From: a virus
Lineage: Duplodnaviria > Caudoviricetes
Length of the DNA stretch: 28,915 nucleotides
Reading direction: 5' to 3' (one strand)
Virus record (IMG/VR): IMGVR_UViG_3300032289_000750
Coordinates: 1 to 28,915 of that record
Shown here: piece after piece, positions 8,817 to 15,791 of the stretch
Position numbering within the stretch: position 1 is the stretch's first letter
How the letters are laid out: each line of letters starts with the position of its first letter
The notes under the pieces: generated by a model
Seen by the model: the letters and a program-made list of their open reading frames with translations, nothing else
The model's database searches: none
What the model was told of the DNA's origin: nothing
Translations under genes and position numbers: made by a program

Positions 8817-9462
8817 CGAGAGAGAATTACTTTGGGAAACAGTATACAGATGTGCCCGTCTCTCGGCTAACAGATGTGTTCGTATTCATCGCAATCTTAT
8901 TACATCAGATGATGTATTCCAACACCTTAGCCTTTGGGCTGCTGAACATTGGCACAAGATAGAGGAGTGGGAGTCACAAGATTCTCTTGTCTTTAAACTT
9001 AAGCGTACTTTTAATAATGAATCACAGAAGTATGCTGCTAGAGAAAGAGCACATCGTGCTAAGTCCATACCATCAGATGCTTTCTATTACACACATGAAA
9101 TCTTGCAAGAGTTACTTAAAGATGTATGGAACTATGAGCATTGGGTTGAATCTATAGCACACAATCCCGAAGGTGAGTTTGTTAGTAAGACAAGTAAACC
9201 AAGTGAAGGTATGAATCGTGAGGCTATGTTGAGTGATGTATCTTTTGCTCTTAGTAAACTACCTGAACAAGATAAAATTTTATTAGAGCGTAGGTTTGCG
9301 GAGGGTGGCACTGATATAGATGCACTTGCTATTGAGTATTCCATTAGCGATGAGGCTATCCGTAAGCGTGTATCTCGTGCACTTACCAAGTTACAAGAGC
9401 GTGTTGGTGGCGAACAACCTCAATGGAACAATCGTAGATATAGGAAACCTGATAATGATTAG
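8809..9462 (+). CDS. Phage RNA polymerase sigma-70/ECF-like factor
   Basis: Region-2-like DDVFQ and region-4 HTH (ALSKLPEQDKILL...ALAIEYSISDEAIRKRVSRALTKL). Confidence 0.8.
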   Translation: MSNERELLWETVYRCARLSANRCVRIHRNLITSDDVFQHLSLWAAEHWHKIEEWESQDSLVFKLKRTFNNESQKYAARERAHRAKSIPSDAFYYTHEILQELLKDVWNYEHWVESIAHNPEGEFVSKTSKPSEGMNREAMLSDVSFALSKLPEQDKILLERRFAEGGTDIDALAIEYSISDEAIRKRVSRALTKLQERVGGEQPQWNNRRYRKPDND

Positions 9463-9616
9463 ACCCAAGTACCAACGCATGAAACCATGGAACTTAATAG
9501 GACTCCCGTTGTATTATATTGGTATCTGTTTAAACGATATTGGATACTACATCTATGTAGCAGGTGATAAAATAATTTGGTATAAACGCAAGCAGATTGG
9601 ATACATAGATAAATGA
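9455..9616 (+). CDS. Small hypothetical protein
   Basis: ATG 9455 overlaps the sigma gene end; contains a hydrophobic stretch. Confidence 0.55.
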   Translation: MIRPKYQRMKPWNLIGLPLYYIGICLNDIGYYIYVAGDKIIWYKRKQIGYIDK

Positions 9617-9723
9617 AACAGTTGTTTAAAAAATTAAAGTGTTGGGTATTTGACCATGTTTGGTTTGTTGATGGTCCTAGCGGAGATGCAGTCTGTGTTG
9701 ATTGCGGTAAGGAAATGAAATGA
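9613..9723 (+). CDS. 36-aa putative zinc-binding peptide (not in track)
   Basis: MKQLFKKLKCWVFDHVW...CVDCGKEMK (C-H-C-C); ATGA overlap with the upstream gene. Confidence 0.65.
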   Translation: MKQLFKKLKCWVFDHVWFVDGPSGDAVCVDCGKEMK

Positions 9724-9742
9724 TTATTGGATACATAAAGAA

Positions 9743-9847
9743 ATGAGTGATAATAAAATAAATGTTAAATGTTTTCATTGCTCTAAAGAATTTCATATAG
9801 AGGAATCATTAGTAAGAACACCTTACTACTGCTGGAGTTGCCGATGA
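9743..9847 (+). CDS. 34-aa CxxC-CxxC zinc-ribbon peptide (not in track)
   Basis: MSDNKINVKCFHCSKEFHIEESLVRTPYYCWSCR; ATGA overlap with the kinase gene. Confidence 0.65.
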   Translation: MSDNKINVKCFHCSKEFHIEESLVRTPYYCWSCR

Positions 9848-10383
9848 TTATAGGTTTGAGTGGGTACGCACAATCAGGTAAAGATGCAACCGCTAACTTG
9901 TTGTGTCTTAATTACGATTACGAACGCCGAGCATTTGCTGACCCGATGCGACATGCATTACAAATTATCAACCCTAGATTAGATAGCATTACTCGTGTTG
10001 CAGATTTAGTAGATGAATATGGTTGGGATATAGCAAAGAAAAACCCTGAGGTTCGCCGTCTATTGCAGGTATTAGGTACTGATTTTGGTCGCAAGATGAT
10101 TGGCAATGATGTGTGGATTAAGATGTCACTATCTGACTTAAGACAGGGTGACCGTGTTGTTATTAGTGATGTGCGTTTTCCTAATGAGGCTGATGCAATA
10201 AAGAAACTTGGCGGTACTGTGTGGCGTATCAACCGCAGGAATAACACCGCAGTTAATCATCACACATCTGAACATGCTATGGATAACTATATGTTTAGTC
10301 ATGTTATCTATAACGATGGAACTCTTGATGACTTAAGTGATGAAGTATTTATGTTGGCTAAAGAGTTAGGTCTTAATACATAA
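9844..10383 (+). CDS. Deoxynucleoside monophosphate kinase
   Basis: MIIGLSGYAQSGKD P-loop, FADP, RRLLQVLGT, ISDVRFPNE and HxSE motifs. Confidence 0.93.
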   Translation: MIIGLSGYAQSGKDATANLLCLNYDYERRAFADPMRHALQIINPRLDSITRVADLVDEYGWDIAKKNPEVRRLLQVLGTDFGRKMIGNDVWIKMSLSDLRQGDRVVISDVRFPNEADAIKKLGGTVWRINRRNNTAVNHHTSEHAMDNYMFSHVIYNDGTLDDLSDEVFMLAKELGLNT

Positions 10384-10385
10384 AG

Positions 10386-10470
10386 AAGCCCACCAGAGAC
10401 AGGAGAGAATCTGATGGGCTTTTCTATGCACACCAACCGCTACGCTTCCCCCTCGCAAGGGCTGGTGTGC
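10386..10470. terminator. Two stem-loops between convergent operons, probable bidirectional termination
   Basis: AAGCCCA...TGGGCTT followed by Ts (10386-10423) and GCACACCA...TGGTGTGC (10427-10470). Confidence 0.65.
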
Positions 10471-10482
10471 CAAACAATCATA

Positions 10483-10824
10483 TCATGAGTTGTGTTGAGG
10501 GTCAGAGGCAATGATGTTGAGTCTCTTGCGTATACCAAACCTTTCAAAGGGTGTCGTACCCCCCCATATCCCATACCTTTCCATCACTATGCCCCACTCA
10601 AGGCAGGCTTCCATGACTGGGCACTCAACACAGATACGCTTGAGTAACTCGGCTTCGCCAGCCTCAAACTTATCCTGTGCTGGGTAGAAGAAGTCTGTCT
10701 CTATACCTGAGCATGATGCACCTTTGAATTGGTTACTGTCATAGCGTAACTCAATGGCGGTGTAACCCTCACCCCTTGAGCGTGCTGGTTTCTTGCTTAA
10801 GACACGAAAGAACTTAATCTCCAT
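10483..10824 (-). CDS. whiB: WhiB-family Fe-S transcription factor (start moved to ATG 10824)
   Basis: C...FFYP...CxxCPV...CL...GIWGG four-Cys WhiB signature. Confidence 0.93.
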   Translation of the reverse strand: MEIKFFRVLSKKPARSRGEGYTAIELRYDSNQFKGASCSGIETDFFYPAQDKFEAGEAELLKRICVECPVMEACLEWGIVMERYGIWGGTTPFERFGIRKRLNIIASDPQHNS

Positions 10825-10825
10825 A

Positions 10826-11269
10826 TCAGTACCAGTTTTTTGCCAAATGATGAGCGTATGCTCGGCATATACCACCTGTCTTTCCATATTTTCTTTCAAT
10901 ATAAGCAAGCCCTGCATCAACTTGTCTATATCCATTAAGTGTTGGTTTTATATTTATATTTACCCAAGTATCAGGCATGAGTTGTGCTATACCTAACGCA
11001 CCGCTTGATTTATTTAACGCTTTTGGTCGCCAGTTGCTCTCTTGTATCCACAATTCATAGAGGCATGAGTATTGTTCAAGTTGATTTCTTTCTATTAGTT
11101 TATCCACAGCGTAGCGTTGGTAATCGTTCTGATAATACGCAACCACCTTGCCATGTGGTGGCTCAATGAATACTGGTGGTGTCTTAAGAACTAAGATGAG
11201 TCCTAATACTATGGATGTTGCAATCCACAATCGTGCGTGTGGGTGTATCTGTCTTAAGTCATTGAGCAT
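10826..11269 (-). CDS. Membrane-anchored lytic transglycosylase (SLT-like)
   Basis: N-terminal TM segment; ESNW...A.N..SGA.GI.Q...YI..KYG motif; start could be 11269 or 11299. Confidence 0.8.
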   Translation of the reverse strand: MLNDLRQIHPHARLWIATSIVLGLILVLKTPPVFIEPPHGKVVAYYQNDYQRYAVDKLIERNQLEQYSCLYELWIQESNWRPKALNKSSGALGIAQLMPDTWVNINIKPTLNGYRQVDAGLAYIERKYGKTGGICRAYAHHLAKNWY

Positions 11270-11438
11270 CTTGTTCCAACTTTCTTTCGGCTTCGGCATG
11301 TAAGTAAGAATCTATCGCTCTTTCTTCTATCTCTCTTTGTTTATCAACACAGAAGTCACACTTCTCGTACATATAGTTCATTGTTCTTGGGTTAGTTACA
11401 ACTGTGCCACACCCTAAACATTGCATAAGAATAGTCAT
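11259..11438 (-). CDS. 59-aa CxxC-CxxC protein (not in track)
   Basis: MTILMQCLGCG...EKCDFC...; RBS AAGGAG; ATGA overlap. Confidence 0.7.
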   Translation of the reverse strand: MTILMQCLGCGTVVTNPRTMNYMYEKCDFCVDKQREIEERAIDSYLHAEAERKLEQDAQ

Positions 11439-11716
11439 GGCATCTCCTTCTTAGTGTGTGCTTCAAGTGAGTCAAGGAAATATCCAACGGACATCTCTCC
11501 ATCTTCATCTATCTTATCAGCCCACCATGGCGCACTAATCCACCTACCTTCAAGGTCAAGCCATTGAATATCAAAGCCATCGTGGTCATCCCAATGCAGG
11601 ATAACTCGTATCTCTTGACCATCAAAGGTTAGGTTCATGTCCTTGTCGTATGCAGTTTCTGTCTTAAGTAATGCTCCGACCTGTATACCTTTTAGTTCTA
11701 CTTCATGTATTGCCAT
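11435..11716 (-). CDS. Acidic hypothetical early protein
   Basis: ORF in track; start moved to ATG 11716 after GGGAG. Confidence 0.7.
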   Translation of the reverse strand: MAIHEVELKGIQVGALLKTETAYDKDMNLTFDGQEIRVILHWDDHDGFDIQWLDLEGRWISAPWWADKIDEDGEMSVGYFLDSLEAHTKKEMP

Positions 11717-11717
11717 G

Positions 11718-11855
11718 TTACATCTCTCCCATCTCATCGTGCAATCTGTCGGGGTCAGGCTCTCCGCACCCGCAGTCTATCTTCTCGCATGTGTCACACT
11801 CTTGGTTAATACCAAGGGCGTAGTCGTCACCCTCTAGGTAGCGTGGCTCACTCAT
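11718..11855 (-). CDS. 45-aa acidic Cys-rich peptide (not in track)
   Basis: MSEPRYLEGDD...CDTC...CGC; RBS ACAGGAG. Confidence 0.7.
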   Translation of the reverse strand: MSEPRYLEGDDYALGINQECDTCEKIDCGCGEPDPDRLHDEMGEM

Positions 11856-12001
11856 TTGTTTTCTCCTGTCTTAAGTAATGATGTGTAATGTTCATACAAT
11901 GCATGCCAGTAATCGAAGTCCTCATTGTTGATAGTGGCGTTGCGTTGTTCTTTTGCACGCTTGATGCGTTGTTGTATTACCTTGCGTTCGGCTGAGTTCA
12001 T
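11852..12001 (-). CDS. 49-aa hypothetical protein (not in track)
   Basis: MNSAERK...LLKTGENK; ATGA overlaps at both ends. Confidence 0.7.
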   Translation of the reverse strand: MNSAERKVIQQRIKRAKEQRNATINNEDFDYWHALYEHYTSLLKTGENK

Positions 12002-12144
12002 ACCTTAACCTCACTGGTTTGGCATAGAACTACATGGCTGTGCTTGCATGTGCATTGAGGTGCACGATTCTTTTTTCTGCGTGTGGTCACCTCCATTGAA
12101 GCATCGCATGAGGTGCAGATATACCAGTAACTTGTCCAAGTCAT
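11998..12144 (-). CDS. 48-aa zinc-ribbon-like protein (not in track)
   Basis: MTWTSYWYICTSC...QCTC; ATGA overlaps at both ends. Confidence 0.65.
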   Translation of the reverse strand: MTWTSYWYICTSCDASMEVTTRRKKNRAPQCTCKHSHVVLCQTSEVKV

Positions 12145-12434
12145 GATGCATCTTCTGTCTTAAGCACTGATAGCAATGCTTCAAGGTGGTCAAGCGCTTG
12201 TTGCTTACGCTTGTAGTTAGTGCCCAGCATTTCGTTAGCCTTCTTAAGTGTGCTCCCATGACGGGTCATCTTCATACCTGTCTTAAGTTCTAACTTAATC
12301 CAGCCAATGAGTGAGATGAGGACATATAAATCCACACCTGACCCATGTGCGCTAGTCATGTGTCCATCTTCGTTGAACTCCATGTTGTTGTGCCCGTTGG
12401 TTAGTGCTTCAAGTGTGTGTTCGGGTAGTGCCAT
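12141..12434 (-). CDS. Hypothetical early protein (start moved to ATG 12434)
   Basis: RBS GACAGGAG before ATG 12434. Confidence 0.75.
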   Translation of the reverse strand: MALPEHTLEALTNGHNNMEFNEDGHMTSAHGSGVDLYVLISLIGWIKLELKTGMKMTRHGSTLKKANEMLGTNYKRKQQALDHLEALLSVLKTEDAS

Positions 12435-12464
12435 TTGTTTTCTCCTGTCTAGTTGGTAGTGATT

Positions 12465-12520
12465 ACTTTGCCATCCGTTGGCATAGTAAGTCAAGCATTT
12501 GCGATGTGATGTTAGTCACC
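12465..12520 (-). promoter_or_regulatory. Early promoter P5 with CRP-type box
   Basis: TGTGA-TGTTAG-TCACC at 12505-12520; -35 TTGACT at 12489-12494; -10-like CAAAGT 18 bp downstream. Confidence 0.75.
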
Positions 12521-12745
12521 TGTCTTAAGTAATAAGTTCCATTTGTCTAGTGTTTGACTTAACTGTTCGCTAAGTTCTTGTTCTTGACCTACGAAGTTGC
12601 CATCTCCTGCATATCCATAGACCCAGCCCTCGTTGTCGTCATAGATTGTGCCATTAGGAAAGGCTGATTCCTCTCCATCTACATCTACACTCCAACTATT
12701 AGTTTCTTCATCGAACATAACTACATAGTGGTATGTCTTACTCAT
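12512..12745 (-). CDS. Acidic hypothetical early protein
   Basis: 77-aa ORF; RBS ACAGGAG. Confidence 0.75.
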   Translation of the reverse strand: MSKTYHYVVMFDEETNSWSVDVDGEESAFPNGTIYDDNEGWVYGYAGDGNFVGQEQELSEQLSQTLDKWNLLLKTGD

Positions 12746-12957
12746 TTGTTTTCTCCTGTCTTAAGACGACCTGCTTGTTCACATGTTGGGCATCCATCGG
12801 TTGGCGATACACCACAGAAAGGGCAGGTGTTTAGTTGTTGATTAAGTTTTGCTTTGATGCTGTCGGTGAGTGTGTTATCCCACATCCCGCCGTTGTCGTT
12901 GATTGTTTTATTGACTGAGTAAAGTACCCACTCAATCTCTTGTGCTGTTAGTTCCAT
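12742..12957 (-). CDS. Hypothetical early protein with CxxC-CxxC
   Basis: 71-aa ORF; RBS AGGAGG. Confidence 0.75.
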   Translation of the reverse strand: MELTAQEIEWVLYSVNKTINDNGGMWDNTLTDSIKAKLNQQLNTCPFCGVSPTDGCPTCEQAGRLKTGENK

Positions 12958-12958
12958 G

Positions 12959-13165
12959 TCACGCCTCCTGTCTTAAGTCAGACTGTTCTAGTACCTCGGT
13001 AAAATCGCTGTAATACCCTGAGGCTATGTCGTTTCTAATCCACTTCTCGGCTGTCATGCTCCATCTTGAAACATCACAATGAGAGGCGTGTCCGTTCTTT
13101 GTAATCGTATAAATAGTTCCACTTGTGGTGATGGTGTCACCCTTTGCGTTAATCCATGTTGCCAT
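12959..13165 (-). CDS. Hypothetical early protein
   Basis: 68-aa ORF; RBS GACAGGAG. Confidence 0.75.
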   Translation of the reverse strand: MATWINAKGDTITTSGTIYTITKNGHASHCDVSRWSMTAEKWIRNDIASGYYSDFTEVLEQSDLRQEA

Positions 13166-13193
13166 GTTCTTTCTCCTGTCTAGTTGGTAGTTA

Positions 13194-13249
13194 TATCTAA
13201 TAGGTTGGTTGGTAAATAGTCAAAGATATTTGATGTGATGTTGGTCACT
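13194..13249 (-). promoter_or_regulatory. Early promoter P4 with CRP-type box
   Basis: TGTGA-TGTTGG-TCACT at 13234-13249; -35 TTGACT at 13218-13223. Confidence 0.75.
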
Positions 13250-13400
13250 TCAATCCATCCTTGTTGCATGTCCACATATCACCCCAGCAGTAGCCGTCAC
13301 CGACCCACCAAATCTGACTTAAGACATATTGGAATCCGATTATGGCTATGATTGCGGGAATAATTACTAGAACTATCCAGCCTCGGCGTGTTAGTTTCAT
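13245..13400 (-). CDS. 51-aa single-pass membrane protein (not in track)
   Basis: MKLTRRG, a TM helix, then IWWVGDGYCWGDMWTC; RBS AAGGAG. Confidence 0.75.
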   Translation of the reverse strand: MKLTRRGWIVLVIIPAIIAIIGFQYVLSQIWWVGDGYCWGDMWTCNKDGLK

Positions 13401-13585
13401 CGTTTGTACTCCTTAGCGTGTGAGCAGGTTGATAGGGGGATAAGGCAGTCTCCGCAGATTGTCACCTGAATCCTTGCGTGAAACTCCGATAACTTTTCCG
13501 TTACATAATGTTTGCATGTTGCATCGTGTTGGTCATAAACATACGCATCACACACAACACAGTTATTGTTTGTGTCGTAAGTCAT
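13397..13585 (-). CDS. Cys/His-rich hypothetical early protein
   Basis: 62-aa ORF with two CxxC motifs; ATGA overlaps. Confidence 0.7.
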   Translation of the reverse strand: MTYDTNNNCVVCDAYVYDQHDATCKHYVTEKLSEFHARIQVTICGDCLIPLSTCSHAKEYKR

Positions 13586-14103
13586 GATGCCACCGCTGTA
13601 AGTTCTGTCTTAATAACTGAAAGGGCTTTAGTCAAGGTCAATAGCGTGTTGAGTTCTAGCGTTTCAATGCGGTCACCTCGGTAGATGTGCTCGCCCGTGA
13701 CTCGCTCAATCTCCTGACATAGCGCCTTGATTGCAGGTTCTATCTGTTCTTTTTGCATCTTGCGTGCCATGTGTCGGGCGTAGCGGTTGGCTGGGTCATC
13801 ATAACCTAAGCGCTGTCGGCGGTCATCGGTAAGAATCTTAACCGCTTCAATGAAAGGGCAACGCAGGTGGTTAAGTGGTACCCAAACTTGCTTGCCACTT
13901 GCTTTCTGTATTAAGACATTACGGGTGTTGTAAACCTTGTCGGATTGTGTCTTAAGTTGTGTCTCTATAACTATTACTTTATTACCGCTTAAAGATTCGG
14001 CGGTCTTGGCATAAGATTCGCTGATTCCATAATGGTAACCTTGCCAGTCGGTCACCTTGTTCATGTAATAAGCCTTACCGATGATTAGTTCTGCTCTTTT
14101 CAT
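13582..14103 (-). CDS. Hypothetical early protein
   Basis: 173-aa ORF; RBS ACAGGAG. Confidence 0.8.
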   Translation of the reverse strand: MKRAELIIGKAYYMNKVTDWQGYHYGISESYAKTAESLSGNKVIVIETQLKTQSDKVYNTRNVLIQKASGKQVWVPLNHLRCPFIEAVKILTDDRRQRLGYDDPANRYARHMARKMQKEQIEPAIKALCQEIERVTGEHIYRGDRIETLELNTLLTLTKALSVIKTELTAVAS

Positions 14104-14153
14104 AGTGCGTTTCTCCTGTTCTTGTAGGTAACGGGATTGTTACCAGTGCCCTA

Positions 14154-14210
14154 ATGGTGCCTTGCTCACCTCGTGCTCGTCAAGCATTTAGGGCTGTGAT
14201 GTTAGTCACA
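14154..14210 (-). promoter_or_regulatory. Early promoter P3 with CRP-type box
   Basis: Perfect TGTGA-TGTTAG-TCACA at 14195-14210; -35 TTGACG at 14178-14183; -10-like CACCAT. Confidence 0.75.
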
Positions 14211-14224
14211 TGTTTAGTTCTGTA

Positions 14225-14359
14225 TTAAGACACACTCACAATTCTTACTGATTGTTTGAGAGTCTCGGCTAGTTTGCGAAACTCTGCAAAATCTTCTGCG
14301 CTTAGTGTGTTCTTAGATTCAAAACCGCTTCCGCTGTAAAGGTTGAAAGTAATCTTCAT
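14225..14359 (-). CDS. 44-aa hypothetical protein (not in track)
   Basis: MKITFNLYSGSGFESK...; RBS GGAGGTG; ATGA overlap. Confidence 0.7.
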   Translation of the reverse strand: MKITFNLYSGSGFESKNTLSAEDFAEFRKLAETLKQSVRIVSVS

Positions 14360-14535
14360 GGTGTCACCTCCTCTGTCTTAAGTCCGACCTTGGCAATTCC
14401 AATCCATTTTAGAGCGATGCGGTAGGCATCCTCCGACCCTTGGCAGTTGTTAATCTCTGCTTCAAACTCTGTGGCTTCCATACCTGCTCGGCGTAGTGCC
14501 TTGTAAGCATCTGCCATTGCGTATCTTGCATCCAT
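14356..14535 (-). CDS. 59-aa hypothetical protein (not in track)
   Basis: MDARYAMADAYKALRRAG...GLKTEEVTP; RBS GAGGTG. Confidence 0.7.
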   Translation of the reverse strand: MDARYAMADAYKALRRAGMEATEFEAEINNCQGSEDAYRIALKWIGIAKVGLKTEEVTP

Positions 14536-14904
14536 TTATGCCACCTCATTTTCTGTCTTAAGACTTAAGAAAGTTCTTCCTGTTGAATAAGCCCAGCCTT
14601 CGCCTGCTTCGTATAGATAGAAGTACTCCTCACCTGAGTTGAAATTCTCCAGCCAATCGCTCACATTTTTAAAGGTGCGGGCGCTGTCGCTTGGTGTGCC
14701 ATAAGCGGTCTTGGCTGTCTCCTCCATCGTTTCTTGAAGTGATGAGATTCCTCCTAGGTTGATGAGTTCTGCCACCTGTTGCGGTGTGTTGTAAGACTGA
14801 ACGAGTCCAGCCCCTACCCCTTCGGGGTATCCATCCCAATGACAATAAATGGCTGTCACTTTTCCATCTGATGTCTTAAGTCCGATTGTGCTTCTTGTTC
14901 CCAT
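14536..14904 (-). CDS. Conserved phage hypothetical protein, IYCHWDGYP type (start moved to ATG 14904)
   Basis: MGTRSTIG...IYCHWDGYP...EEYFYLY; RBS ACAGGAG. Confidence 0.8.
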   Translation of the reverse strand: MGTRSTIGLKTSDGKVTAIYCHWDGYPEGVGAGLVQSYNTPQQVAELINLGGISSLQETMEETAKTAYGTPSDSARTFKNVSDWLENFNSGEEYFYLYEAGEGWAYSTGRTFLSLKTENEVA

Positions 14905-14966
14905 ATTTTTTTCTCCTGTCTTAATACACAAGGGGCGCTTTACCTCTTGCGGTCTTGCTTGGTGTA

Positions 14967-15022
14967 AGTGAATCACCTCCCGCCGTATGGTGTCTACCAT
15001 TTGGCGTGTGATGTCTGTCACA
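14967..15022 (-). promoter_or_regulatory. Early promoter P2 with CRP-type box
   Basis: Perfect TGTGA-TGTCTG-TCACA at 15007-15022; -35-like TAGACA at 14991-14996. Confidence 0.7.
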
Positions 15023-15112
15023 CCTAACCCTAAACTTTAGGTTTAGAGTTCGTGCCCCCGTTGGATTTTGAATCCGTACCCTTTCGGCGGGGGCTGTCTT
15101 ATGTCTTAAGTC

Positions 15113-15751
15113 TTAAGCCTCCTTGTAGATTTCTTCACATTGGTTGCATGTCACACCGATTTCTAAGACTGTTCGGCTTAGGCGGATGGTGTTCTCACAA
15201 TCGCATTGTGCTTTGATTAGGTTAGTGTTTCTGCCCTTAGGCTTGGCAGATTCTCCGCCAAGGGCGGTTAGGTCGTAGGCTGTCGCAACTATCTTGAGCG
15301 CCTTAGCCCATCGCTTGGCACCAAAATCGGTGAGTGAGGTGCTTGAGTAACCTTTCTTGGTTTTTTCTGTCTTAAGACCTAGCGCCTCGGCTTGTGTCTT
15401 GAATTTGGCATTGTGATACTGATTTGAGGAACAATCCTCAATCCCATTTTTATGATTCAAAGAGTGTGCCACCTCGTGCAACAATGTTGAGAATAAATCT
15501 TGAGCGCTTGAGAAAGTCTCAAGATTGAAAGCAATCTCGTTGAAAGATTCTCCGCCATTTTGCCAAGGGGTGAAAGGGGTGAAATGTCCTCGGCGACCCT
15601 TAAGGTCACGGGTTACCAAAAGAGTTGCACGGGGTGCACCTGTCTCGGTCTTGATGATTTCATGTGCTTGTTCTAGTGCACGGGTCAAGGTTGAAAGTGC
15701 CTCCGCCTTGGTTGATGCCTTGGCTGTCTTTGCTTGTGTTGCTTGTGTCAT
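15113..15751 (-). CDS. SprT-like zinc metallopeptidase, first early gene
   Basis: LLHEVAH (HExxH), a downstream YHNxxF, and a C-terminal CxC...CxxC ribbon. Confidence 0.8.
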   Translation of the reverse strand: MTQATQAKTAKASTKAEALSTLTRALEQAHEIIKTETGAPRATLLVTRDLKGRRGHFTPFTPWQNGGESFNEIAFNLETFSSAQDLFSTLLHEVAHSLNHKNGIEDCSSNQYHNAKFKTQAEALGLKTEKTKKGYSSTSLTDFGAKRWAKALKIVATAYDLTALGGESAKPKGRNTNLIKAQCDCENTIRLSRTVLEIGVTCNQCEEIYKEA

Positions 15752-15791
15752 TTTTTTCTCCTGTCTTATCGCCGTTGTTGGCTTAAGTCAG

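Larger units (their letters stand above)
10797..15378. repeat. Dispersed repeat TGTCTTAA(G/T) / (C/A)TTAAGACA, about 22 copies here and further copies elsewhere
   Basis: Counted by eye; positions are listed in the findings. Confidence 0.9.

Noticed and set aside
10825-10935. N-terminal extension of WhiB given in the ORF track (and similar extensions at 12494, 15021, 7168, 6125 and 20014)
   Set aside because: These extensions overlap upstream genes or promoters; the downstream ATGs have better RBSs or translational coupling.
13127-13141. Seventh CRP box GGTGA-TGGTG-TCACC
   Set aside because: The spacer is 5 bp rather than 6, it lies inside a CDS, and there is no adjacent -35.
15051-15094. 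Functional tRNA gene
   Set aside because: About 44 nt with no anticodon arm; kept only as a tRNA-like finding.
10797-15378. CRISPR array or integron attC array as an explanation of the repeats
   Set aside because: The repeats are only 8-26 bp, irregularly spaced and inside coding sequence; no cas1/cas2 or integron integrase is present.
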